The notes: generated from the letters alone by a model not told the origin. Numbered from the stretch's first letter, positions 24,331-32,000 are shown. The stretch: DNA of 32,000 nucleotides from Candidatus Nanoarchaeia archaeon (GCA_028713895.1 JAQTNH010000001.1:61847-93846), one strand, 5' to 3'. Numbers and translations are program-made.

Positions 24331-25026
24331 TTATCCTGATAATGTAAAGTCATACCACCACGGGCGGGCTTCTTTGATGAAATCTCCAGTCTCTGCATCA
24401 TACTGCTCAGTGATTGTTGCATTCATCGGGAAGACTCCAAGAAGTTTTCGCTGCTCAATTGCATAGTGCGCGTAAACTGCCTTGCCGTTTGATTCCTCAA
24501 GCTTAAGCCCCACTGATTCGCGCTTCTCTGTCATGTTCTGCCCGCGCTCCTGCACTTTTTCCATTATCTGCGAAGGGGCTGCGTTGACTTCAGTGGCGCC
24601 GACAAACATCTTTCCGTTCTGAAGATGCAGTTCAGCTGTGTTAACAATAACAGTTCCATCCTGGATTACAATTGTGTTGAAGTTTGGCGTGACTGTTACT
24701 GTCTTTCCCTGAATCCCAACTGTGATTACTTTTCCAACTGCGCTTTCAAGCTCTGTCTCTGTTACAATCGCTGCAGGCAGCACTCTGACATCATCTGAAA
24801 CCGCATTCATGTCCTCTGCGCTAATCTGCCGCTCCTGGAACAGCTTATGTATTGTCGGGCTGTCCTCTACAACAGGTTCAGAAACCAGTGTCGGCTGCGG
24901 CGCTGGAACCGCCTCTGCGAATACCGGAGTAGTTATTATGCTTGATGCCGAGTTATCTGTGTTTGCAGATGCAAATGGAATCATAAACAGAACCAAAAGT
25001 GCCGCTAAAGATAGTTTAGTATTCAT
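24331..25026 (-). CDS. Secreted protein, possible PepSY-like C-terminal domain
   Basis: Signal peptide MNTKLSLAALLVLFMIPFASA|NT. C-terminus LEESNGKAVYAHYAIEQRKLLGVFPMNATITEQYDAETGDFI resembles the PepSY pattern (G..VY.V....V.VDA.TG.V). GGAGG at 25034-25038 lies 7 nt upstream. Confidence 0.6.
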   Translation of the reverse strand: MNTKLSLAALLVLFMIPFASANTDNSASSIITTPVFAEAVPAPQPTLVSEPVVEDSPTIHKLFQERQISAEDMNAVSDDVRVLPAAIVTETELESAVGKVITVGIQGKTVTVTPNFNTIVIQDGTVIVNTAELHLQNGKMFVGATEVNAAPSQIMEKVQERGQNMTEKRESVGLKLEESNGKAVYAHYAIEQRKLLGVFPMNATITEQYDAETGDFIKEARPWWYDFTLSG

Positions 25027-25047
25027 CGCATTGCCTCCGTTATATTA

Positions 25048-25830
25048 TTAGAAGAAGGCGCGCCTAAAGAAGTTAACGGTTGCGCTGTCAGACTCTTCAG
25101 CCCATTCTTTCTTTTCATGGAAGCCGTGGTCAGCCCCCTCAATTGTTATGAGCTTTGAGACTGGTGGAATCTTTGAATAAAGAACTGAGTCCTCATACGG
25201 AACATAGGTGTCCTTGTTTCCGTGGATGAACAGCACAGGAATGCGGATGTCTTTCAGTACCTTGTGAGGCTCAATCTCAAGCATTTCCTTAAAAATCGCC
25301 TTGCCAAGGCGGAATTTTCTTTCGCCAACTTCGAGATATCCCTTTTCATTCAAATGATTCATCTGTTCAGGCCCAAAATTTTCTTTCGGCCATGGAAGCT
25401 CTGGATTAAGAAAACCATGATAATCAATGACTGCATTCCAAAGGCACAATGCTTTGATTATATCCTGATGTTCAGCAGTATACAGAAGGGAGGAACCTCC
25501 GCCAAATGATGCTGCGCAGATTCCAAAACGCTCGTAGCCGAGCTTCTGCAGGAACTTTACTGCGCTTTCAACGTCTGTTTTCTCGCCGGTTATTGTCAAA
25601 TCAATTGAATTACCCTGGCTTTCTCCATGCCCCCTGAAGTCAAAGCGGAAAACAGCCAGGCCAACTTCCGCAAGCTTATGCGCAAGTTCTGTAAACATGC
25701 CGCCCTCATCCTTGTCAACAGTAATTCCGTGGCAGAGAACTATGCAGTCCTTTGTTTCAATCTCAGGGTGAGTGAGAGTTCCGGCTAGCTCAAGTTCCCC
25801 GCTTTTGAATTTGTGCTTTTCTTCTCTCAT
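25048..25830 (-). CDS. Alpha/beta-fold hydrolase (dienelactone hydrolase/S9-like)
   Basis: VLCHGITVDKDEG, nucleophile elbow ICAASFGGG, FIHGNKDTYVP, GADHGF (catalytic His region). Confidence 0.8.
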   Translation of the reverse strand: MREEKHKFKSGELELAGTLTHPEIETKDCIVLCHGITVDKDEGGMFTELAHKLAEVGLAVFRFDFRGHGESQGNSIDLTITGEKTDVESAVKFLQKLGYERFGICAASFGGGSSLLYTAEHQDIIKALCLWNAVIDYHGFLNPELPWPKENFGPEQMNHLNEKGYLEVGERKFRLGKAIFKEMLEIEPHKVLKDIRIPVLFIHGNKDTYVPYEDSVLYSKIPPVSKLITIEGADHGFHEKKEWAEESDSATVNFFRRAFF

Positions 25831-25862
25831 GTATTAATCAACTCTAGAAGCCATTAAAAAGA

Positions 25863-27620
25863 TTACTCATTCCTGATGCTGTTCCTAAGGATTCCCTCGA
25901 CAGTCTCGTCAGCATCATAGTAAAGCAGTTCATGCGCAAGGCTTGAATCCGCTCCTATTACCTCGTGGTAAAGGTTGTTTAACATTGTTTTGAGTTTTCT
26001 AAGCTCTTTTATGGTATATGTCATGCCTTGGAGTTGTTTAGTTTCAACTACTGTCGTTTCATGTATCTCTTTTGCGAACTCAGGTCTGCCGTGCTTTGTT
26101 CCAAGCGCTTTCCTGTTAATCCCGCCATAAGCTTCATTGATAGCCTTTAGCTGGCGCACAGTTGCAATCTGGCCCAGGTTCCTTGTTTCCTTTTTTGAAA
26201 GAGGTTCATCATCAAAATATCTTGTACGGACTCCAACACGTTCAATCTCTCTTGGATTTAGTTCCAGATATCCTTCGCTGTCAAAATTAAAATTAATCTC
26301 CTGAGCAGTATTCCCAAATATTGCGGGATAGAAAAGCGGTATATCTGTCATGTTAAACGCCCTGGTAATATTTTTTGTGGCCTGTCGCATAGTTTCATTT
26401 ATTTCTCTGGATTTATTACCATAAAATATGTCCCTGCTCCTGTTATTGTTGGCGTTGATTGCATTATGTTTCATGGTTTTTACATTTTCATCACTTAGAT
26501 CAGGGCATTCAATGAAACAGTGCCTTCCATTTGTAAACTTCTTTATGTCCCTGAATAACTGTTCAGTCATTTCATAAAGCTTAACACGATTTAGGGGTCC
26601 GTTGGTTTGCTCTACGCGCATATTGCGTCGTCTTGATTCGTATTCATCTGTATTGAATTTTGTATCCTCCCAGCCCTTATTTTCGTTAATTTTAATTATG
26701 AAATCATATATATCTTCGTAGTCCACGTATTGGTTTGACTTAAGTATTGAAAAAACAGACTCCCTGTCGCATAAAAATTCTGATTGAATGTCCTTATAGG
26801 ATACTGATTTGTCTTTATCGTTTTCCTGAATTTTTTGCACATAGGATTTTAGTTGATTCCAATTCTTAAAATTCTTGAAAAAATCGGGTTCTGAAAAACC
26901 CAAATAGTACGGAAATTCTTTCATTTTTGCAGCCGTGTAAAATGTCAATTCTTCAGGCCATATCTCGGATACGATATCATCATTAAAAAAGGGATCTGTA
27001 ATATTTCCAAGCCCTCTATTGTTAAGATTGAAATTAAAGTATCCTATACCAGTTATTCCATGTTTTCTTATTACAGTTTCGTCCTCGCCTGTGTGCACAC
27101 ATTTTTTGAAAAACTCAAGGAACCTCTTCTTGTTTTCGTCCTTTGAAAACCTTTCGCTCAGTCCGTATATGCTGTCATCTGCAACAAAAGCAAGCACCGC
27201 CTTGTTCTCTTTTGCGTATTCCTTCCACTGTTCAAGGTTGTCAAGTATTTTTTCTTCCCCGCACTCGCCTTTTTTGATGTTATATAACTGCATTGATTTC
27301 AGAAGATAGTGCAAATCATCAACCACAACAAGAACTGGTTTTCTATTGTCCTTGGTTTTTTCAAGAAGAGTGTACTCAACACTGGCTTTTTTAATCAGTT
27401 TTTTCTTGTCAAGAGCATAAAGTTCAATTGGTATTTCTTTTGCAAGCAGCCTGAACAGATGGGTTTTTCCGACTCCCCTGTCCCCTGTGACAAGCTTTGT
27501 TTCATAATCCTTGAAAAGGGGGGTAAACATATAAGTTGCAGGGACTCCTTCGAAGCAGTCGCTGATTGAATTGTCATACTCTGCCCTGCATAATTTTTCA
27601 AGCTTGCTCTCTAAAGCCAT
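25863..27620 (-). CDS. Orphan P-loop NTPase (AAA/ORC-like N-terminal ~190 aa) with ~400-aa uncharacterised C-terminal region
   Basis: Walker A TGDRGVGKTHLF, Walker B PVLVVVDDLHYL, AVLAFVADDS. Own TATA-like box (27653-27661) and GGGTG before the ATG. AT-rich relative to both neighbours. Confidence 0.75.
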   Translation of the reverse strand: MALESKLEKLCRAEYDNSISDCFEGVPATYMFTPLFKDYETKLVTGDRGVGKTHLFRLLAKEIPIELYALDKKKLIKKASVEYTLLEKTKDNRKPVLVVVDDLHYLLKSMQLYNIKKGECGEEKILDNLEQWKEYAKENKAVLAFVADDSIYGLSERFSKDENKKRFLEFFKKCVHTGEDETVIRKHGITGIGYFNFNLNNRGLGNITDPFFNDDIVSEIWPEELTFYTAAKMKEFPYYLGFSEPDFFKNFKNWNQLKSYVQKIQENDKDKSVSYKDIQSEFLCDRESVFSILKSNQYVDYEDIYDFIIKINENKGWEDTKFNTDEYESRRRNMRVEQTNGPLNRVKLYEMTEQLFRDIKKFTNGRHCFIECPDLSDENVKTMKHNAINANNNRSRDIFYGNKSREINETMRQATKNITRAFNMTDIPLFYPAIFGNTAQEINFNFDSEGYLELNPREIERVGVRTRYFDDEPLSKKETRNLGQIATVRQLKAINEAYGGINRKALGTKHGRPEFAKEIHETTVVETKQLQGMTYTIKELRKLKTMLNNLYHEVIGADSSLAHELLYYDADETVEGILRNSIRNE

Positions 27621-27680
27621 ACGTGCACCCTATATGTTAGAAGAAAATGTCTGTTTATAAGTTTTACTACTTAAAGATAG

Positions 27681-30155
27681 TTAAAACTCGCCGAGACTCT
27701 TTTGTTTGGTCGGCTTGCCCAATGTCAAGTCTTTTGGAAACTCAGGAACCCCGTATTCGCCGTCATAGCCTGGCTTGACTGTGACTTTTCCCTCTCTGTT
27801 AAGCATGATTGCCTTTGCAAGGCGGCGGTCAACATGCTGGCACAATTCCTCTTCCTTGGCATCCAGTAGAATGTGAAGCTCGTTCGGGAACTTTGCCATC
27901 AACGCATCAAAGACTCTGCTGACTGTCTTAGTGCCGACTGCTGTAAGATAGATTGCGGAAATAATTTCCTGAAGCGGAAGAATTGACTTGAAAGGGATTG
28001 CGTGCGCTGGCTTGAATCCTTCTGGGCGGTCAGCAAGCTCCTCAACGCGGTGCTCTACCCCGATGGTCAGCCCTTTGTGGCATTTCGGGCAGATATCCTT
28101 TTGCGCAATAGATTCTTTTGGCGACAAACAAATGTTGCAGGCACGGTGTCCGTCGTAGTGGTATTTGCCATAAAGCGGCGAGGTTTCAATCGTGTAAAGG
28201 AACTCGGATTTGTTTTTTGTCTTGATTGCATTGAGCATTGATTTAAGAGAAGGCTTTGCGAGCTCGAAGACATTTGCTTCCCTTCCAAGGCGGTTCGGCC
28301 AGGGAGAGTGGCAGTCGCTGTTGCTTATGCAGCAGAACCTGTCAAGCTGTGACAGACGCCAGTTCATCGCAGGGTCCGACGAAAGTCCGGTTTCGATTGC
28401 ATGAATGTGCCTGATTGAATCCCCAAAGCATTCCTCTGCTGAGTTGAACCCTGACTCAGAGCCGAACATTGAAAACCAGGGGGTCCAACAGTTATGGACT
28501 GTCGCAAATTCGGTTACATAAGAATTGTCATCCTCTACTTCAAGATTGTATACTAAACCATCATAATCTTCGAATTTAATTGTTCTTATCGGAAGATAGG
28601 CATAATTTTTGTCAATCCATCCATGCTTCATTGCTTTCTTATTAACAAATTTTCTGAAACATTTTTCTTTCAACATATCGTAATCTTCTTCAAAAAAGGA
28701 TAAGTTAGAAAAAACGATTGTGTCATTTACTGTTTTAATTGTTCGCCCCTTAGTAATATGTTTTCGCATATTAAATTTTTCAGCGGTTTCAACACCTATT
28801 GAAGGTATTATACCCAATTTAAGGCAAATCATTTTCATTTGATTTGCCAGTTTGCGTGAAACTGTATATCCTGTATCCCCCCTCCACCATCCGCGCAATA
28901 TTTCAGCTATTTTAGGGTCTGGTAATAATATCATCCAATCAGGGATACATTTGTTCCATGCTCGCGAGCCATCTGTATAAAACAATTGTTTAAACAGTTC
29001 ATTTAAAATATGAGAATAAAACACAATATCCATCTGATTTTCACGTCTATTATCTATCTTAAATGAAGTTACACCAAAACTTTCTTTCATAAACATTATT
29101 ACTTCATTCGCATATTCTTTCTCTTTAGCATGAAAACTGAAACCTACTGCTTCATTTCTTACTAAGTAACCTTCTGCGATATAATAACCTGCTAAACGGC
29201 AAAAATTATTGTTAATTTGAATTGTGTTATGTATCATGTTTTTTTTATTTTTGGATTTTTGTGGCAAAATTTTGTCAGAATCAGATAGTTTACAGTTAAC
29301 CAGTTTATTTAGTTTTATAGAATCCACATCTTTTATTTCAATTGGTCGAGGATACAATAAAAAGTCTCCAACTTCAAGATTTTTTGCCTGAACCCATTCG
29401 GGTTTGTAGCCACTGTAATATTTTCGCTTGCATTCCATGCGCTGAGAACATAAAGGTTTACATACGCCTTTAATCCAAGAGCACTTTTTAAGACTTTTAA
29501 TTACAAAAAAAGGATGTTCTGGTGTTGTTGTTAGACCCTCTCTAAAATACCAAGGAACAATTTTATGAACTTTTCCAGAATAGTTTCGAGTATAAACCTG
29601 TTTTATTGTTTTGAATCTACATTTATGTGTTAAGACTTTGTCTCCAATCTGTACTTCTTTTATTTTTTTGTCATCGGGATTACAATGTAAAATTGTGTCA
29701 GGCAATAAACAATGCGCGGGGAAAATAAAGTTGTCCTTGTTGATTTCCATAACTTTCTCAACGAATTCCGGGGTTGGGATATTAAAGATTGGCCTGCCGT
29801 CGTAGTCCACTCTCCCTCTTGTCTTCAACCACTCTGTGATTTGCTCGGCTGTCTCAATGTCCGGCGAGACAATGCAGTGATGCACGCGGTAGCCTTTTCC
29901 ATTCTGCGTGTAAATGAGAGAGACTTCTGTGCTCGGGACAAAATTCATTCCGTTGTGCACATAGAATCCTGTTTCGCTGTCTAGCTTCAGCAGGCGCTTC
30001 ATGTCAGCCATCTGGCTCGGATGGGTGTAATCGCCTGTGCCAAGAAGATTGAGCCCCTTCATCTTTGCGTATTTTGAAAGGCTGTCAATGTTCATGTCAG
30101 GAGAGGTTGCCCTGCTGTATCTGGAATGAATGTGCAAATCAGCAACGAGTTTCAA
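27681..30155 (-). CDS. endoQ: EndoQ-like PHP-domain endonuclease with Zn ribbon, interrupted by an intein
   Basis: N-terminus MKLVADLHIHSRYSRATSPDM..LGTGDYTHP (PHP). After the intein, CWTPWFSMFGSESGF..HAIETGLSSDP. Zn ribbon CNIC..CPKC. The exteins sum to 417 aa. TTG start 4 nt after GGTGA (30160-30164), which overlaps the PAC2 stop. Confidence 0.75.
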   Translation of the reverse strand: MKLVADLHIHSRYSRATSPDMNIDSLSKYAKMKGLNLLGTGDYTHPSQMADMKRLLKLDSETGFYVHNGMNFVPSTEVSLIYTQNGKGYRVHHCIVSPDIETAEQITEWLKTRGRVDYDGRPIFNIPTPEFVEKVMEINKDNFIFPAHCLLPDTILHCNPDDKKIKEVQIGDKVLTHKCRFKTIKQVYTRNYSGKVHKIVPWYFREGLTTTPEHPFFVIKSLKKCSWIKGVCKPLCSQRMECKRKYYSGYKPEWVQAKNLEVGDFLLYPRPIEIKDVDSIKLNKLVNCKLSDSDKILPQKSKNKKNMIHNTIQINNNFCRLAGYYIAEGYLVRNEAVGFSFHAKEKEYANEVIMFMKESFGVTSFKIDNRRENQMDIVFYSHILNELFKQLFYTDGSRAWNKCIPDWMILLPDPKIAEILRGWWRGDTGYTVSRKLANQMKMICLKLGIIPSIGVETAEKFNMRKHITKGRTIKTVNDTIVFSNLSFFEEDYDMLKEKCFRKFVNKKAMKHGWIDKNYAYLPIRTIKFEDYDGLVYNLEVEDDNSYVTEFATVHNCWTPWFSMFGSESGFNSAEECFGDSIRHIHAIETGLSSDPAMNWRLSQLDRFCCISNSDCHSPWPNRLGREANVFELAKPSLKSMLNAIKTKNKSEFLYTIETSPLYGKYHYDGHRACNICLSPKESIAQKDICPKCHKGLTIGVEHRVEELADRPEGFKPAHAIPFKSILPLQEIISAIYLTAVGTKTVSRVFDALMAKFPNELHILLDAKEEELCQHVDRRLAKAIMLNREGKVTVKPGYDGEYGVPEFPKDLTLGKPTKQKSLGEF
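28491..29711 (-). mobile_element. Full-length intein (407 aa) with LAGLIDADG homing endonuclease domain
   Basis: Begins C149 (FPAH|CLLPDTILHC, block A). Block B LTTTPEHPFFV. LAGLIDADG motifs LAGYYIAEGYL and LRGWWRGDTGY. Block F VYNLEVEDDNSYV. Ends ATVHN|C556 (block G plus the +1 Cys). In-frame 1221 nt, much more AT-rich than the exteins. Confidence 0.85.
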
Positions 30156-30159
30156 AAAA

Positions 30160-30164
30160 TCACC
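30160..30164 (-). promoter_or_regulatory. Shine-Dalgarno-like GGTGA for the TTG-initiated endoQ
   Basis: The minus strand reads TAGGTGATTTTTTG: PAC2 stop, SD, 4-nt spacer, TTG. Confidence 0.5.
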
Positions 30165-30952
30165 TAGCCTATGTAATGAGTAGGAGTTGCTTCCTGCGGC
30201 AGGTTAAAGCGCTTGATAAGCTTTTTCTTCAGAACATCCTTCTTTGCGGGGATTCCGGTTGTCATTGTGCGTATGTCTGCGCGTATGTCATTCAGGGAAA
30301 TCTTGATGTTCAGATATTTTACAAGCGTTTCAAGGATTGATTCCGCTGCAAAAAGCCCGATTGCGCGAGGGTCAGCGCTTGTTTCTGCCAGAAGCGCGAA
30401 GCCCTTCATCTTTTGGATTTTTCCAAGCGAAAGCATGAGCCCTGCCGCTCCGACAATAACAACTGCGCCTTTCCTGTCAAAGCGCACGCCTATTTTCTGG
30501 AGTTTTGAAACGTAATCCTTGTCTGTGACTGCCCCGAAAACAGGAGGCTTTCGGATTGACTGCTGGGCGTTGATTCCGCCGAGAGTTATGATTTCTTTTG
30601 TTCCAAGCTCTGCTGCGAGGTCAACAAGGTATTTTGAAAAGTTATAGCTGGCTTTCTCGTTTCCAGGCTGCGCGTCTCCGATAAGGAAGATTGCGTCGCG
30701 CTCGCTCGGCTTCTTTGCCTTGTACCAGTAGAGCTCAAGCTTGGGCATTTCAACTGTCTTGTCGTCATTTACAAAAACAGAGTTGGGGAAATACACTGAG
30801 TATATTGTCGCATATTTTTTTGCCTTGAGCTTTTCAACAAGAAAGTCAACTGCAATGCGGGCGACATTACCTATCCCAGGAAGCCCCTCTATAAGAACAG
30901 GATTTTTCAGCTTTGGCGCTGCGCTGTGTTTTATAATCTCAAATTCCTTCAT
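30164..30952 (-). CDS. PAC2-family (proteasome assembly chaperone-like, COG1938) protein
   Basis: NPVLIEGLPGIGNVARIAVDFLVEKL is typical of the family N-terminus. ATGA overlap with the nop10 stop. The conserved archaeal neighbourhood with aIF2a and nop10 supports the call. Confidence 0.65.
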   Translation of the reverse strand: MKEFEIIKHSAAPKLKNPVLIEGLPGIGNVARIAVDFLVEKLKAKKYATIYSVYFPNSVFVNDDKTVEMPKLELYWYKAKKPSERDAIFLIGDAQPGNEKASYNFSKYLVDLAAELGTKEIITLGGINAQQSIRKPPVFGAVTDKDYVSKLQKIGVRFDRKGAVVIVGAAGLMLSLGKIQKMKGFALLAETSADPRAIGLFAAESILETLVKYLNIKISLNDIRADIRTMTTGIPAKKDVLKKKLIKRFNLPQEATPTHYIG

Positions 30953-31125
30953 AACAATCCCTTTTCCTGCAGAATTTTCCGCTTTTCCTGCCTTCGGTAT
31001 TTCGCAAGCCTGTCTTCAGGAGAATATTTCGGGGGCGAGCGCGATTCTGTGTGCGCCCCGCATGCGCATTTCTCCTTCAGCATGTATTTGCTGCATGATG
31101 TGCAGTATCTTATCTTGTCAGGCAT
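30949..31125 (-). CDS. nop10: H/ACA RNP protein Nop10 (58 aa; not in the supplied ORF track)
   Basis: Hand translation: MPDKIRYCTSCSKYMLKEKCACGAHTESRSPPKYSPEDRLAKYRRQEKRKILQEKGLL. It has the Zn-ribbon CxxC..CxC and the PPKYSPED..YRR signature. The start overlaps the aIF2a stop (TGATG) and the stop overlaps the PAC2 start (ATGA). Confidence 0.85.
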   Translation of the reverse strand: MPDKIRYCTSCSKYMLKEKCACGAHTESRSPPKYSPEDRLAKYRRQEKRKILQEKGLL

Positions 31126-31919
31126 CAGATTTCCTCTTTTACCGCAAAGTCAAGCTTGTTCTGCTTTGCCAGAGTTTTCATCTGCTCGATTATTTCCTTC
31201 ATCTGCATGTCTGCCTGCTTGTAATTCTTTGCGGTTATGTCAAATGTGTAGTTCGGTGCAGAGATGTAATGAAGAACCAGCTGTATCTTTTTTTCCGCTG
31301 CAAAACTGATTATTTTTGAAAAGAATTCTGAAAGTTTTGTCACTCCGTCCGGAAGGAAAGAGCTCAGGTCAAATGAATTTGACTTCTTCACGCTGATTGC
31401 TGCGAGCTGGTCATTAATCTGATTTGAAAGCTCGGTTTTCCACGGTTCAGGAATATCCAGCTCTGAGATTGCCGCTGTGCCGTCTGCCTTCACAGTCTCG
31501 TAAAACTCTATCAGCGAGCCAAACTGCTCAATGAGTTTTATGCCCATCATCTGCAGGAATTTTATTTTGTCCTGCTTCAGCTTCTGCGCGATTATTTCAA
31601 TGAGCTTTTCAACGCGAATCTCTGTTTTTTCATCGTTGAGTTTTTTTGTTTTCTCTGAATTTGTGACCCTTTTAAGCGAAACATCAATCAGGCCGCGCTC
31701 CTTGTTGGTCTGAAGAACCTTGCAGACTATCTTTTTGCCCTCGTTTATGTGCTCTTTTATGTTCCGCACCCAGCGCGAAGAAACCTCGGAGACGTGGAGC
31801 ATTGCCTCTGCATTCTCATATTCATCAAGGATAACAAAGGCTGCATGGGGCAGGATTTTCTTTACAGTGCAGATAACCAGTTCCCCGTCTTCAGGCATTC
31901 CATGCTTCTTAAAAAACAT
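31125..31919 (-). CDS. eif2a: Translation initiation factor aIF2 alpha subunit
   Basis: N-terminal S1 domain PEDGELVICTVKKILPHAAFVILDEY..EAMLHVSEVSSRWVRNIKEHINEGKKIVCKVL, with the alpha-helical and C-terminal domains following. Confidence 0.9.
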   Translation of the reverse strand: MFFKKHGMPEDGELVICTVKKILPHAAFVILDEYENAEAMLHVSEVSSRWVRNIKEHINEGKKIVCKVLQTNKERGLIDVSLKRVTNSEKTKKLNDEKTEIRVEKLIEIIAQKLKQDKIKFLQMMGIKLIEQFGSLIEFYETVKADGTAAISELDIPEPWKTELSNQINDQLAAISVKKSNSFDLSSFLPDGVTKLSEFFSKIISFAAEKKIQLVLHYISAPNYTFDITAKNYKQADMQMKEIIEQMKTLAKQNKLDFAVKEEI

Positions 31920-31941
31920 AAATTCAGAAACTGAATATAGT

Positions 31942-31950
31942 CTTATAAAG
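31942..31950 (-). promoter_or_regulatory. TATA-like box for the aIF2a-nop10-PAC2-endoQ operon
   Basis: Minus strand ctttataag, centred ~27 nt upstream of ATG 31919. Confidence 0.45.
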
Positions 31951-32000
31951 GTTTCTTACTGCATTCGGGGTTAGTGACAAAAAGGTTATAAGGCATTATT

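Noticed and set aside
30164-30180. C-terminal HbYX proteasome-activation motif in the PAC2-family protein.
   Set aside because: The C-terminus is ..PTHYIG, so Tyr is third from the end, not penultimate. The motif is not actually present.
30741-31319. Plus-strand ORFs 30741-31319 and 30926-31309.
   Set aside because: They lie opposite PAC2, nop10 and the aIF2a 3' end, which are all supported by family signatures and coupled junctions.
1-32000. CRISPR arrays, rRNA genes, transposases or IS elements, and restriction-modification or toxin-antitoxin pairs.
   Set aside because: I found no regularly spaced direct repeats outside the intragenic protein repeats. I also found no recognisable Cas, transposase DDE, methyltransferase or small paired TA ORFs on reading either strand.

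Overview
The window reads as an archaeal chromosome segment, and all calls come from reading motifs by eye with no searches run. Archaeal hallmarks are aIF2-alpha, Nop10 (found by hand because it is under 60 aa and absent from the ORF track), a PAC2-family chaperone and Hel308. Further hallmarks are an EndoQ-like PHP nuclease, a porG-porD-porA-porB type four-subunit 2-oxoacid:ferredoxin oxidoreductase, and a tRNA-Pro(GGG) with a 49-nt intron at 37/38. First genes have TATA-like boxes about 23-29 nt upstream of the ATG (leaderless style). Internal operon genes use GGTGA/GGAGG sites and ATGA/TGATG stop-start overlaps. I call 34 protein genes (one weak) and 1 tRNA. I saw no rRNA, CRISPR array, transposase or integrase. 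Housekeeping blocks give about 47-60% GC in hand-counted 60-nt lines. They are interrupted by AT-rich patches (about 23-35% in hand-counted lines) that carry nearly everything unusual. (1) At the left edge is a tandem triplet of cytoplasmic proteins with a shared N-domain plus 3-5 copies of a 23-24-aa repeat, a candidate beta-solenoid of no family I can name. (2) A free-standing LAGLIDADG/wHTH gene is translationally coupled to hel308, and its AT-rich composition continues about 470 nt into hel308. (3) Several ORFans lie around an HD hydrolase gene and the tRNA. (4) An orphan P-loop NTPase carries a roughly 400-aa unknown C-terminal region. (5) A 407-aa LAGLIDADG intein splits the EndoQ-like gene. 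Separately, at host-like GC, a tight five-gene operon (18178-24259) encodes only secreted or membrane-anchored proteins with CARDB-like signatures. Three of them have a lipobox, and they carry many N-x-S/T sequons and even numbers of Cys. The repeat-protein triplet and this surface operon are my best candidates for something undescribed. I cannot show enzymatic logic for either, and these calls remain hypotheses.
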